Origin: Alistipes sp. | Lineage (GTDB): Bacteria; Bacteroidota; Bacteroidia; Bacteroidales; Rikenellaceae | NCBI GenBank assembly: GCA_017624955.1 | Contig: JAGAMA010000042.1 | Span: 30,318 to 94,317 of the forward strand | Direction of reading: 5' to 3' | DNA: 64,000 bases | Part shown: in pieces, positions 14,922 to 24,511 of the stretch | How positions within the stretch are numbered: the stretch's first letter is position 1 | Layout: every line of letters starts with the position of its first letter | Made by a program: the position numbers and the translations under genes | Notes under the pieces: model-generated | What the model was told of the DNA's origin: nothing | Seen by the model: the letters and a program-made list of their open reading frames with translations, nothing else | The model's database searches: none

Positions 14922-16592
14922 ATGAAATTCAAACACACGATTCTTTTCCTGGCGGCTGCCGCGATGACGGCCTGCTGCTGCGGCGAGGCGAACAAAGAGA
15001 CGGATGTCTATGCCAACCTCCCGTTCGAGATGCCCAAGGTGGAGCTTCCCGCGATTCCTGCCCGTGAGGCTTCGATTGTCGATTTCGGTGCCGTAGGCGA
15101 TGGCATGACCCTCAATACGGAGGCCATCCAGGCTACGATCGACAACCTGGCCGAGCAGGGTGGTGGTAAGGTGGTCGTGCCCGACGGTATCTGGTTCACG
15201 GGTCCGATCGTGCTGAAGGACAACATCGAGCTCAACCTCTCGAACCATGCCATGCTGCTCTTCAGCCCCGACCAGTCGTTGTATCCCCTGACGGAGATCA
15301 TCTTCGAGGGTCTGAACACCTGGCGTATGCAGTCGCCCATCTCGGCGCGTGGCGTGAAGAACGTAGCCATCACGGGTGGTGGTGTGATCGACGGTAGCGG
15401 TGATGCTTGGCGTATGGTGAAGCAGAGCAAGGTGACCGAGTCGGCCTGGAAGAAGCTCGTAGCCAGCGGCGGTATCGTGGATGGTACGAATTGGTTCCCC
15501 ACCGAGAGCTACTACCGCGGTCAGAAGGGTGCTACGGACCAGAACGTGAACGAGAACATGAAGACGAAGGAGGACTTTGAGCCGATCCGCGACTTCCTGC
15601 GCCCCGTGCTGGTTGCCATCCACAACTGCGACAATGTACTGCTGCAGGGCGTGACGTTCCAGAACTCGCCTTGCTGGACGGTACACCCCGCCATCTGCAC
15701 CAACCTGACGATTGACGGTGTGACGGTTCGCTGCCCGGCCTATGCCCAGAATGGCGACGGTCTGGATATCGAGTCGTGCAAGAATGTGCTGGTTATCAAC
15801 TCGTCGATCGATGCCGGTGACGATGCCATCTGCATCAAGAGCGGTAAGAACGAGGATGGTCGCAAGCGCGGTATCCCGTGCGAGAATGTGATCGTTCAGA
15901 ACTGCATCGTATTCCATGGCCACGGCGGTTTCGTCGTAGGTAGCGAGATGTCGGGCGGCGTGAAGAATGTCTGCGTGCGTGACCTGACCTTCTCGGGTAC
16001 GGATGTCGGTCTGCGCTTCAAATCGACGCGTGGCCGCGGCGGTGTGGTGGAGAACATCTTCATCGAGAATATCACGATGAACAACATCCTGACGGATGGT
16101 CTTTTGTTCGACCTCTTCTACGGTGGCAAGTCGGCCTCGGAGGCCCTGGCCGATGGCGATGAGGGCGAGGCTTCGGATATGCCCTTCAAGGAGGTGGACG
16201 AGACGACTCCCGCCTTCCGCAACATCGAGATCAAGGATGTACGTTGCAGCGGTGCTCGTCGCGCCATGTTGTTCAACGGTCTGCCGGAGATGAACGTGGA
16301 GAATGTGAAGGTCGAGAACGCCTGGTTCTACACGACGACGGGTGCCCAGATCAACGAATCGACCAACGTAAGCCTGAAGAATGTGACGGTTGTTCCGAAG
16401 CAGGGTCCCGCCCTGTCAATCAACAACGCCAAGCAGGTCGTAACCGAGGAGTTCATCTGCCCCGAGGGCATGGAGACCGCACTGACCGTGACGGGTAGCC
16501 GCAACGAGCAGATTCAGATCGGCTCGGCGCAGATTAAGGCCGAGAATGCGAAGCTCTCGCCCAAGTCGGAGGGTAAGGTAGCCTTCAACTAA
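14922..16592 (+). CDS. glycoside hydrolase family 28 (polygalacturonase / exo-poly-alpha-galacturonosidase)
   Basis: All four GH28 signature blocks are present: NGDGLDIESC, GDDAICIKSG, GHGGFVVGSE and RFKSTRGRGG. Confidence 0.92.
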   Translation: MKFKHTILFLAAAAMTACCCGEANKETDVYANLPFEMPKVELPAIPAREASIVDFGAVGDGMTLNTEAIQATIDNLAEQGGGKVVVPDGIWFTGPIVLKDNIELNLSNHAMLLFSPDQSLYPLTEIIFEGLNTWRMQSPISARGVKNVAITGGGVIDGSGDAWRMVKQSKVTESAWKKLVASGGIVDGTNWFPTESYYRGQKGATDQNVNENMKTKEDFEPIRDFLRPVLVAIHNCDNVLLQGVTFQNSPCWTVHPAICTNLTIDGVTVRCPAYAQNGDGLDIESCKNVLVINSSIDAGDDAICIKSGKNEDGRKRGIPCENVIVQNCIVFHGHGGFVVGSEMSGGVKNVCVRDLTFSGTDVGLRFKSTRGRGGVVENIFIENITMNNILTDGLLFDLFYGGKSASEALADGDEGEASDMPFKEVDETTPAFRNIEIKDVRCSGARRAMLFNGLPEMNVENVKVENAWFYTTTGAQINESTNVSLKNVTVVPKQGPALSINNAKQVVTEEFICPEGMETALTVTGSRNEQIQIGSAQIKAENAKLSPKSEGKVAFN

Positions 16593-16625
16593 ACCAAGAC
16601 ATTAACCTTAAAACTACACTTTTTT

Positions 16626-18455
16626 ATGCGTAAATTACTCTATTTTCTGGCGGCTGTCTGCCTATGGACGGGTTGTTCGGACGAATACGATGATTCGGCC
16701 ATCAAGGGCGACATCGACGACCTGAAGGATAAAGTTGCCGCCCTGGAGCAGCAGATTGCTTCGCTCAAGCAGGAGGCCACGAAGATCAACAACGACATTG
16801 CCGCCCTGAAGGATATTGCCGACGGCATCGCCATTACGAAGGTGACGGAGAATGCCGATGGCGGTTATACGGTAACCTTCTCCAACGGCAAGAGCTACAC
16901 GATTGCCAACGGCCAGAAGGGTGATCAGGGTCCGCAGGGTCCCCAGGGCCCCGAGGGTGCTGCCTGTACGCCGATGATGCGCATCGATTCGGAGGGTTAT
17001 TGGCAGGTAAGCTACGACGGCGGTACGACCTGGGAGTATCCCGGTGGCGAGAAGATCTCGGCTTTGGGCCAGACGGGTGCCACGGGTGACCAGGGTGCCC
17101 AGGGTCAGACGGGTGCTACGCCCCAGATCAGTGTCGATTCGGAGGGCTACTGGACGGTCAGCTACGATGGCGGTAAGACTTTCGAGCGCATGAAGGATGC
17201 TGCAGGTAACGAGATCAAGGCGGTTGTTTCGGAGGGTACGGGCAACGTCAGCTACAAATCGGTCTTCGAGTCGGTAAGCTACTCGGCCGAGAACTCGACC
17301 CTGCAGGTGGTGCTGGCAGGCACGACCGAGGTGCTGGAGATTCCCGTAGGTGGTGCTGCGTTGGCACAGCTCTACGCAGGTGAGAACCCCGTGGAGGGTG
17401 TTCAGACCTTTGCTGCAGGCGAGACGAAGAGCTACACGGTGAAGGCCCCCACGGCCGATATGGTTAAGGTGGTCGGCTATCCCGATGGTTGGACGGTTGC
17501 GCTGAAGGAGATGACCCTCGATGTAACGGCTCCCGCGGCTCAAAGCCGCGCTACGGCCGACTCGGCTACGGATGTTTCGCTCTTGGTTGTGATGAAGAAC
17601 GGCCTTGCCACGGTACTGCGCATGCAGGTTGCTGTGGACGGTACGGCTGCACCTGCCGTGCCGCTGGCTACGCCCGTGGTGACGCTTACGCCCGCCTCGG
17701 TAACGGCCGTTACGGAGCAGGCTGTGGTAGCTGCTTGGGAGGCTGTTGCCAATGCCGCCTCGTATAAGGTTTCGTTCAATGGCGCTGCTGCTACGACCGT
17801 AACGGAGGCTGCCTATACGATTGCCGCTGCGGATGTGAAGGCCCTTGCCAAGGGCGAGTATAAGATTTCGGTGGTGGCTGTTCCGGCTGATGCCGTGGCT
17901 TACACCGAGTCGGCTGCCGGTGAGGCTACGCTGACCGTAACGGAGGCCACTACGCCCCCGTCGGGTGAGGTAAAGACCTACACGCTGATTGCTGCGGAGA
18001 TGCACTCGGCCGGTACGACGGGTATCCCGGGCGGTTCGTCGGGTGTTGTCGATATGGGTGATACCTTCACGACCTGGACTTGGAATTCGTTTAGCTTCGA
18101 GTCGCGTTGCGCCTTGACCACGACGGGTCAGGCCGATGGTACGAAGGTTCCTGTCCTTTATTTCTACAAGACCTCGAAGGTGGCTGCCGGTACGCTGATT
18201 CGCAATACGACGGCTTTGGGCGAGATTCAGAAGATTACCATTACGCTGGTTGATAACGGCGCGAAGAAGGGTGAACTCTTCTCGATGGTAGAGACCGTCA
18301 ATGGCGCTGAGCAAACCGTACAGTCGGCAAATCATACGCAGTCGTCGTGTGAGCATGTTTATACCTTCTCGGCCGGCAACAACGGTAAGTTTGTCTTCTC
18401 GAATCCTTCGGATCAGGATTGCAAGGTGCTTTCGTTTGTGATCGAGTACAAATAA
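16626..18455 (+). CDS. surface lipoprotein with N-terminal coiled coil, two collagen-like G-X-Y blocks, an Fn3-like middle and an unknown C-terminal domain
   Basis: Lipobox CLWTGC. Heptad-like DDLKDKVAALEQQIASLKQEATKINNDIAALKD. G-X-Y blocks GQKGDQGPQGPQGPEGA (nt 16911-16958 approx) and GQTGATGDQGAQGQTGA. The N-terminal module is homologous to that of the adjacent PL1 protein. Confidence 0.8.
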   Translation: MRKLLYFLAAVCLWTGCSDEYDDSAIKGDIDDLKDKVAALEQQIASLKQEATKINNDIAALKDIADGIAITKVTENADGGYTVTFSNGKSYTIANGQKGDQGPQGPQGPEGAACTPMMRIDSEGYWQVSYDGGTTWEYPGGEKISALGQTGATGDQGAQGQTGATPQISVDSEGYWTVSYDGGKTFERMKDAAGNEIKAVVSEGTGNVSYKSVFESVSYSAENSTLQVVLAGTTEVLEIPVGGAALAQLYAGENPVEGVQTFAAGETKSYTVKAPTADMVKVVGYPDGWTVALKEMTLDVTAPAAQSRATADSATDVSLLVVMKNGLATVLRMQVAVDGTAAPAVPLATPVVTLTPASVTAVTEQAVVAAWEAVANAASYKVSFNGAAATTVTEAAYTIAAADVKALAKGEYKISVVAVPADAVAYTESAAGEATLTVTEATTPPSGEVKTYTLIAAEMHSAGTTGIPGGSSGVVDMGDTFTTWTWNSFSFESRCALTTTGQADGTKVPVLYFYKTSKVAAGTLIRNTTALGEIQKITITLVDNGAKKGELFSMVETVNGAEQTVQSANHTQSSCEHVYTFSAGNNGKFVFSNPSDQDCKVLSFVIEYK

Positions 18456-18470
18456 TAGTGTTCGTACACC

Positions 18471-20885
18471 ATGAAACGCATACTATTATATATAATGCTC
18501 GCAGTGGGAGCGTTGTCGGTCGCTTGCTCGGATGAGTACGACGACACGGCCTTGAAGAGCGATGTGGCGGATCTTGCGAACCGCATTGCGGCCATGGAGC
18601 AGGCTCTGCAGGGGCTGAATAGCGACCTGCGGAGCTACGCTTCGCTCGTTGGCTCGCTGCAGGGTGCACGCTACATTACCTCGGTAGCCGAGCAAAACGG
18701 TGTGGTAACCGTCACCTATAACGACGGCTCGACCTATACGCTCACTTCGGGTACGAAGGGCGAGACGGGCGATGCCGGTGTGGTAGGCCCCGAGGGTGAG
18801 ATGGGCAAGATTGCGATGCCCCTTTTGAAAATCGACCCCGCGGACGGTTATTGGTATATCTCGTATGATGGCGGCACGACCTGGAGTCAGCTGTTGGATA
18901 CGGACGGCAATCCCGTGCAGGGCCTTGGCGACAAGGGCGAGACGGGCTCGGAAGGTTCGGTAGGCGAGGTGGGCGCAGCCCCGACGCTGGGTGTTGATGA
19001 GCTGGGTTTCTGGACCATCGACCTCGGTGACGGCAAGGGCCCGCAGCGCATCCTCGACCCCAATGGCGATCCGATTGTCGCCGATCCCGAGAAGCTCCCG
19101 AAGAGCTACTTCGAGTCGGCCAAGCTGAGTGAGGACGGCACGGCGCTCATCGTGGTGCTGGTGTCGGGTGAGGAACTTTCGATTCCGATTTCGGGGGCTA
19201 TTACCTTTACGCTGACCGTAGAGCCCCAGGAGCGTTTTACGGCAGGCGAGACGCGCACCTTTGCCCTGAAACAGCAGGGTGTAAAGGAGATCGCTATCGA
19301 GCGCCCCGAGGGGTGGCGTGTGCAGGTCAAGGAGGAGTCGGTTGTGGTGACCGCTCCGGCCTATACCTCGGAGGGCGAGATTACGTTCTATGCCTCGACC
19401 TCGTCGGCGCTGCTTAAGCTGGCCTCCTTTGGCGTGAAGTGCGATATCACGGCCCTGAAGCTCCCCGCATCGGAGCAGGACGGTGTGATTCGTGCCTTCC
19501 CGGGTGCCGAGGGTGGCGGTATGTACACCACGGGTGGCCGTGGTGGCGCGGTGGTGCATGTGACGAACCTGAACGATTCGGGCGAGGGCTCACTGCGTGC
19601 TGCCGTGGAGATGAACGGTGCCCGCACGATTGTCTTCGATGTCTGCGGTACGATCTACCTCAATTCGGAGCTGCGCATCGGTAAGGGCAATGTGACGATC
19701 GCCGGACAGACCGCTCCGGGCGAGGGTATCACGCTGGCCAACTACTCGGTGGTGGTCAATACCGACAATGTGATTATCCGCTATTTGCGCTTCCGCATGG
19801 GCGATGCGAAGGGTCATGAGGGCGATGCCATTTGGGGTCGCTATCATGAGAACATCATCATTGACCACTGCTCCATGTCGTGGAGTACGGATGAGTGCGC
19901 CTCGTTCTATGCCAACAAGAACTTCACGATGCAGTGGTGTCTGATTGGCGAGTCGCTCAAGAACTCCGTACACGGCAAGGGTTCGCACGGCTACGGCGGT
20001 ATCTGGGGTGGTAAGAACGCTTCGTTCCACCACAACATCCTCACCTCGAACGATAGCCGCAATGCCCGTATCGACCATCCGAATGTCTATGGCAACTACC
20101 TCACGACCCACCGTGGTCATGTCGATTACCGCAACAACCTGATCTACAACTGGGGAGGTAACTCGACCTATGGTGGCGAGGGTGGCTGGTTCAATATGGT
20201 GAACAACTACTACAAGCCCGGCCCTGCCTCGAAGGAGCGCAAATACTTCCTCGATGCCTATGCCCTCTACGACAACACGGATCGCAACTATGCCCGCCTC
20301 TACATGGCCGGAAACTACCATGCAGGCGACTACGCTACGTCCATCAATGCCGACAACTGGAGTGGTATCTATTGGCACAACGGTACGGATGTAGGCGATG
20401 TGGCAGGAGCCAAGAAGACGGCGCTGCAGCCCATTAAGAAGGACGATGTAACCTCGTGCTTCACCTCGACCCACAAGGCCGAGGATGCCTATGCCCGCAC
20501 GCTGGACTATGCAGGTGCTTCGCTTAAGCGTGATAAGATCGATCTGCGCCTGGTGGACGATGCCCGCAACGCGAAGGCTACCTACAACGATGGTGGCAAC
20601 GGCTCGACGGGTGGTCTGATCGACACGCAGACGGCCGTAGGCGGCTGGCCGACCCTCACGGCAACCGATGAGGAGATCGCCCGCGCAACGACCGACACGG
20701 ATAAGGACAACATTCCCGACTTCTACGAGTCGAAGCTGGGTCTGAATCCCTCGAAGGCCGATGCCACGGCCAAGACGCTCGATCCGCAGGGCCTGTACAC
20801 GAACTTTGAGATGTATCTGCACTACCTGGTGCAGGACATCACGGCTGCCCAAACCGTGGGTGGCGACTATACCAAATTGGAGTAA
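18471..20885 (+). CDS. pectate lyase (PL1) lipoprotein with N-terminal coiled-coil/collagen-like module
   Basis: Lipobox ALSVAC. G-X-Y blocks GTKGETGDAGVVGPEGEMG and GDKGETGSEGSVGEVGA. Catalytic region AFPGAEGGGMYTTGGRGG...TIAGQTAPGEGI...IIIDHCSMSWSTDE. C-terminal Ca-binding-like TDTDKDNIPD. Confidence 0.88.
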   Translation: MKRILLYIMLAVGALSVACSDEYDDTALKSDVADLANRIAAMEQALQGLNSDLRSYASLVGSLQGARYITSVAEQNGVVTVTYNDGSTYTLTSGTKGETGDAGVVGPEGEMGKIAMPLLKIDPADGYWYISYDGGTTWSQLLDTDGNPVQGLGDKGETGSEGSVGEVGAAPTLGVDELGFWTIDLGDGKGPQRILDPNGDPIVADPEKLPKSYFESAKLSEDGTALIVVLVSGEELSIPISGAITFTLTVEPQERFTAGETRTFALKQQGVKEIAIERPEGWRVQVKEESVVVTAPAYTSEGEITFYASTSSALLKLASFGVKCDITALKLPASEQDGVIRAFPGAEGGGMYTTGGRGGAVVHVTNLNDSGEGSLRAAVEMNGARTIVFDVCGTIYLNSELRIGKGNVTIAGQTAPGEGITLANYSVVVNTDNVIIRYLRFRMGDAKGHEGDAIWGRYHENIIIDHCSMSWSTDECASFYANKNFTMQWCLIGESLKNSVHGKGSHGYGGIWGGKNASFHHNILTSNDSRNARIDHPNVYGNYLTTHRGHVDYRNNLIYNWGGNSTYGGEGGWFNMVNNYYKPGPASKERKYFLDAYALYDNTDRNYARLYMAGNYHAGDYATSINADNWSGIYWHNGTDVGDVAGAKKTALQPIKKDDVTSCFTSTHKAEDAYARTLDYAGASLKRDKIDLRLVDDARNAKATYNDGGNGSTGGLIDTQTAVGGWPTLTATDEEIARATTDTDKDNIPDFYESKLGLNPSKADATAKTLDPQGLYTNFEMYLHYLVQDITAAQTVGGDYTKLE

Positions 20886-20903
20886 TTAAGCCTTTTCTAT
20901 TGC

Positions 20904-22856
20904 ATGAAATGCTACGGTAAGATACTCTGCTCGCTGCTACTCGCCATGGGCCTTACGGCCTGTGGCGGTGGCTCGGGCGAGGAAGCGGGTCTTGAACCCA
21001 TCGCACCCCCCGTGCCGGTAGCAACCGTGAGTGGTGCACAAGCCATTGTGCGCTGGTCGCCGGTGGCCCATGCCGAAACTTATCAGTGTGAACTGACCGA
21101 GGAGGGCTATTCCCCCAAAATGGAGGAGGTGCAGGCTTCGCAATATAGCTTTGTGATGCGCTCGGGGGCAGCTTATCGCGTGCGCGTAAAGGCCCTTCCG
21201 GGGGCGAATAAGGGCTATGAGGCCTCCGCCTGGTCGGACTATGTCGCCTTCAGCTACCAAGAGGAGCAGAAGCCCGATCCGACACCTCCGCCCACGCCTC
21301 CCCAGCCTGCAGCGTTGCAATTCCCTGCTGCGGAGCAGGACGGTGTGATTCGCGCCTTCCCGGGTGCCGAGGGTGGCGGTATGTTTACCACAGGTGGTCG
21401 CGGTGGCAAGGTGATTCATGTCACGAACCTGAACGATTCGGGCGAAGGCTCGTTGCGTGCTGCTGTCAATGAGTCGGGTGCGCGCACGATTGTCTTCGAT
21501 GTGGCCGGTACGATTGAATTGCAGTCGGATCTCCGTATTCGCAACGGAAATCTTACCATTGCCGGTCAGACAGCTCCTGGTGACGGTATCTGTCTGCGCA
21601 ACTACTCGACTGTTCTCTCGGCCGATAACGTGATTATTCGCTATATCCGTTTCCGTCCGGGTACGAATGGTGCAAACGACAGCGACGGTCTGGATGCACT
21701 TTGGGGTCGCTACCATAAGAACATCATCATCGACCACTGCTCCATGTCGTGGTCGACGGATGAGTGCTCGTCGTTCTATGCCAATCAGCACTTCACGATG
21801 CAGTGGTGTCTGATTGCCGAGTCGTTGCGCAATGCCGGTCATACGAAGGGTACGCACGGTTTTGGTGGTGTGTGGGATGGCGTTTCGGCCTCGTTCCACC
21901 ACAACCTGCTGGCTAACCACGACTCGCGTAATCCGCGCTTCGGCTCGTCGAACAGCTACTATCCCAACAATACGAGCCACGACATCAAACAGGATGAACG
22001 CTCGATTGATTACCGCAACAACGTGGTCTATAACTTTGCCGGCAATTCGGCCTATGGCGGCGAGGGTGCCAAGATGAATTTTGTGGGTAATTACTACAAG
22101 TGGGGCCCTGCATCGATTAAAGGTTCGGGTTATAGCTACAAGGATGGTGTAGCGACGATGCAAAACGCTAAACGTCGCAGTTATTTCTACGTGGCCGATG
22201 GCAAATATGTATCGGGCGGTGTAACATACGACGGGGGTGCACCACATATCTTTACGGCAGGTAATTCAAACCGTTTCGATTCATCGATTGATCCCTCCAG
22301 CTCGATCGGTGCGCAACTTACGGCCAATAACCGCCATGGATTCCCCATTAATGATGGCGCTTTGAGCGATGTGAGTCCAAATATTACCTGGCTCGAGTCG
22401 GTTTTGCCGATTCGTTGCAATAACGTGGCTTGCAGTGTTACGACGCATGAGGCGAGTAGAGCGTATGATCAGGTGCTGACCTATGCCGGTGCGGCCCATC
22501 GTCGCGATGCGGTCGATACGCGTGTGACCTCGCATACCAGCGCCTCAACCTATTACAAGGCTGGCTCGCTTGGCAGTATGAACGGTCTTATCGACCTGCC
22601 GGAGGATGTGGGTGGCTATCCCACGCTCTCGGCCACCTCGGAGGAGATTGCCCGCATGACGACCGACACGGATATGGACCACATCCCCGACTACTACGAG
22701 GAGCTCTTAGGCCTGGATAAGACCAAAGCCGATGCTGAGCTCAAGACGCTCGATCCGCAGGGTCTTTACACCAACTTTGAGTGCTATCTGCACTACCTGG
22801 TGCAGGCGATTACCTTAGCCCAAACCCAGGGTGGAAACTACACTAAATTAGAGTAA
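20904..22856 (+). CDS. pectate lyase (PL1) lipoprotein with N-terminal Fn3-like domain
   Basis: Lipobox AMGLTAC. It has the same catalytic signature as 18471-20885 (AFPGAEGGGMFTTGGRGG, IIIDHCSMSWSTDE) and a C-terminal TDTDMDHIPD motif. Confidence 0.88.
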   Translation: MKCYGKILCSLLLAMGLTACGGGSGEEAGLEPIAPPVPVATVSGAQAIVRWSPVAHAETYQCELTEEGYSPKMEEVQASQYSFVMRSGAAYRVRVKALPGANKGYEASAWSDYVAFSYQEEQKPDPTPPPTPPQPAALQFPAAEQDGVIRAFPGAEGGGMFTTGGRGGKVIHVTNLNDSGEGSLRAAVNESGARTIVFDVAGTIELQSDLRIRNGNLTIAGQTAPGDGICLRNYSTVLSADNVIIRYIRFRPGTNGANDSDGLDALWGRYHKNIIIDHCSMSWSTDECSSFYANQHFTMQWCLIAESLRNAGHTKGTHGFGGVWDGVSASFHHNLLANHDSRNPRFGSSNSYYPNNTSHDIKQDERSIDYRNNVVYNFAGNSAYGGEGAKMNFVGNYYKWGPASIKGSGYSYKDGVATMQNAKRRSYFYVADGKYVSGGVTYDGGAPHIFTAGNSNRFDSSIDPSSSIGAQLTANNRHGFPINDGALSDVSPNITWLESVLPIRCNNVACSVTTHEASRAYDQVLTYAGAAHRRDAVDTRVTSHTSASTYYKAGSLGSMNGLIDLPEDVGGYPTLSATSEEIARMTTDTDMDHIPDYYEELLGLDKTKADAELKTLDPQGLYTNFECYLHYLVQAITLAQTQGGNYTKLE

Positions 22857-22859
22857 AAG

Positions 22860-24491
22860 ATGATGAAAAAACTGTTTTTAGCGTTGGCGCTCTTTTGCTT
22901 TGCCTTTGCCGAGGCCGAGGAGCAGCGCCCGATGCATGTCTATCTCATTGGCGACTCGACCTGCGCCAACAAGAACCTTGACAAGCAGAACCCCGAGCGT
23001 GGCTGGGGTCAATTGTTCCGTGCCTTCTTTGGCGAGGATGTCCTGGTGGAGAACCACGCCATGAATGGTCGCTCGACCAAGTCGTTCCGTGCCGAGGGTC
23101 GCTGGGAGCCGATCTACAGCCAGATGCAAAAGGGCGACTATGTCTTTATCCAGTTCGGTCACAACGACGAGAAGGTGGATCGCCCGAAGGTGGGCTCCGT
23201 ACCCGAGGTCTTTGCCGATAACCTCCGTCGCTATGTGAACGAGACGCGCGAGAAGGGTGGTATCCCGGTGCTTTTGACCCCGATTGCCCGTCGCCACTTC
23301 ACCGAGGAGGGTCAGCTGATTAAGACCCACGGCGAGTATCCCGACCGCGTACGCCAGGTGGCCGAGGAGATGGGTGTCGTGATGCTCGATATGGAGGTCG
23401 TTACCGAGGAGTGGCTTAAGGAGCTGGGCGATGAGCCTTCGCGCCGCTACTTCATGTGGGTTAAGAAGGGTACGTCGCCCCTCTATCCCGATGGTCGTGA
23501 GGATAATACGCACCTCAACGTGGCGGGTGCCCATGTTGTTTCGCGCATGGTTTCCGCGCTCGTTGAGAAGCAGATTCCCGAGCTGGCTGCCAAATTCCAG
23601 ATCCCCGACGTGGTGGTTGCCCAGGATGGTACGGGTGACTTCTTTACGTTGAAGGAGGCCGTGGATGTGATTCCCGACTACAACAACGGTACGTTCAAGA
23701 TTCGCCTCTCGGAGGGCGTTTACCGCGAGAAGATTTCGATCCCCTGGACCAAGCGCAATGTGCTACTCTATGGTGTCGGCAAGGCCGTCGTTTCGTGGGA
23801 CGACTTCGCCAACCGCAAGAATATCAAGGGACAGAATATGGGTACTTCGGGCTCGGCTACGATCTACTTCGGTGCCGATAATTGGACGGTGGACAACATT
23901 ACGTTCGAGAACACGGCAGGCCGCGTAGGTCAGGCCGTAGCGGTGCAGACGCTGGGTAACAACCTCCGCTTCCGCCACTGCCGCTTCCTGGGTAATCAGG
24001 ATACGCTCTATACGCGCGGTACGGGCAACGCGAACGAGAAGATCGGTGGCGAGCGTTGGAACTACTTCGACAACTGTTACATCGAGGGTACGACCGACTT
24101 CATCTTCGGTGCTGCTGCCGCCATCTTCCGCAACTGCGAGATCTGCTCGCTGTCGGATTCCTATGTGACGGCCGCATCGACCGTCGAGGAGCAGGAGGTA
24201 GGCTACATCTTCTTCAACTGCCGTCTGACGGCTGCCGAGGGGGTTACGAAGTGCTACCTGGGTCGTCCGTGGCGTCCCTATGCCAAGACCATTTTCATCA
24301 ACTGCGAGCTGGGTGAGCACATCACCACCGAGGGCTGGCAGGCTTGGTCGAACAAGGATAACCCCTCGACCACCTACTATGCCGAGTATGGCTCGAAGGG
24401 TAAGGGTGCCGTGAAGAAGGGCCGTGTCGAGTGGTCGCATCAGCTCACCAAGAAGGAGGCCCAGGCGCTGATCGAGAAGTATATGAAATAA
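22860..24491 (+). CDS. bifunctional esterase: N-terminal SGNH/CE12 rhamnogalacturonan acetylesterase-like domain fused to C-terminal CE8 pectin methylesterase
   Basis: SGNH blocks YLIGDSTCA, FGHNDE and DNTHLN. CE8 blocks GQAVAVQT, GNQDTLY, GTTDFIFG and LGRPWRP. Confidence 0.9.
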   Translation: MMKKLFLALALFCFAFAEAEEQRPMHVYLIGDSTCANKNLDKQNPERGWGQLFRAFFGEDVLVENHAMNGRSTKSFRAEGRWEPIYSQMQKGDYVFIQFGHNDEKVDRPKVGSVPEVFADNLRRYVNETREKGGIPVLLTPIARRHFTEEGQLIKTHGEYPDRVRQVAEEMGVVMLDMEVVTEEWLKELGDEPSRRYFMWVKKGTSPLYPDGREDNTHLNVAGAHVVSRMVSALVEKQIPELAAKFQIPDVVVAQDGTGDFFTLKEAVDVIPDYNNGTFKIRLSEGVYREKISIPWTKRNVLLYGVGKAVVSWDDFANRKNIKGQNMGTSGSATIYFGADNWTVDNITFENTAGRVGQAVAVQTLGNNLRFRHCRFLGNQDTLYTRGTGNANEKIGGERWNYFDNCYIEGTTDFIFGAAAAIFRNCEICSLSDSYVTAASTVEEQEVGYIFFNCRLTAAEGVTKCYLGRPWRPYAKTIFINCELGEHITTEGWQAWSNKDNPSTTYYAEYGSKGKGAVKKGRVEWSHQLTKKEAQALIEKYMK

Positions 24492-24511
24492 CCTATAAAA
24501 CCTTGAATACG

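Noticed and set aside
24431-24511. N-terminal extension of the GH105 ORF as given in the track. Similar extensions occur at 54636, 53891, 46438, 32220, 33434, 49831, 53865, 12262, 26273 and 10294.
   Set aside because: The extensions overlap upstream genes or intergenic sequence and lack signal peptides. Internal ATG codons give canonical lipoprotein or signal N-termini and sit 19-45 nt downstream of TAnnTTTG boxes.
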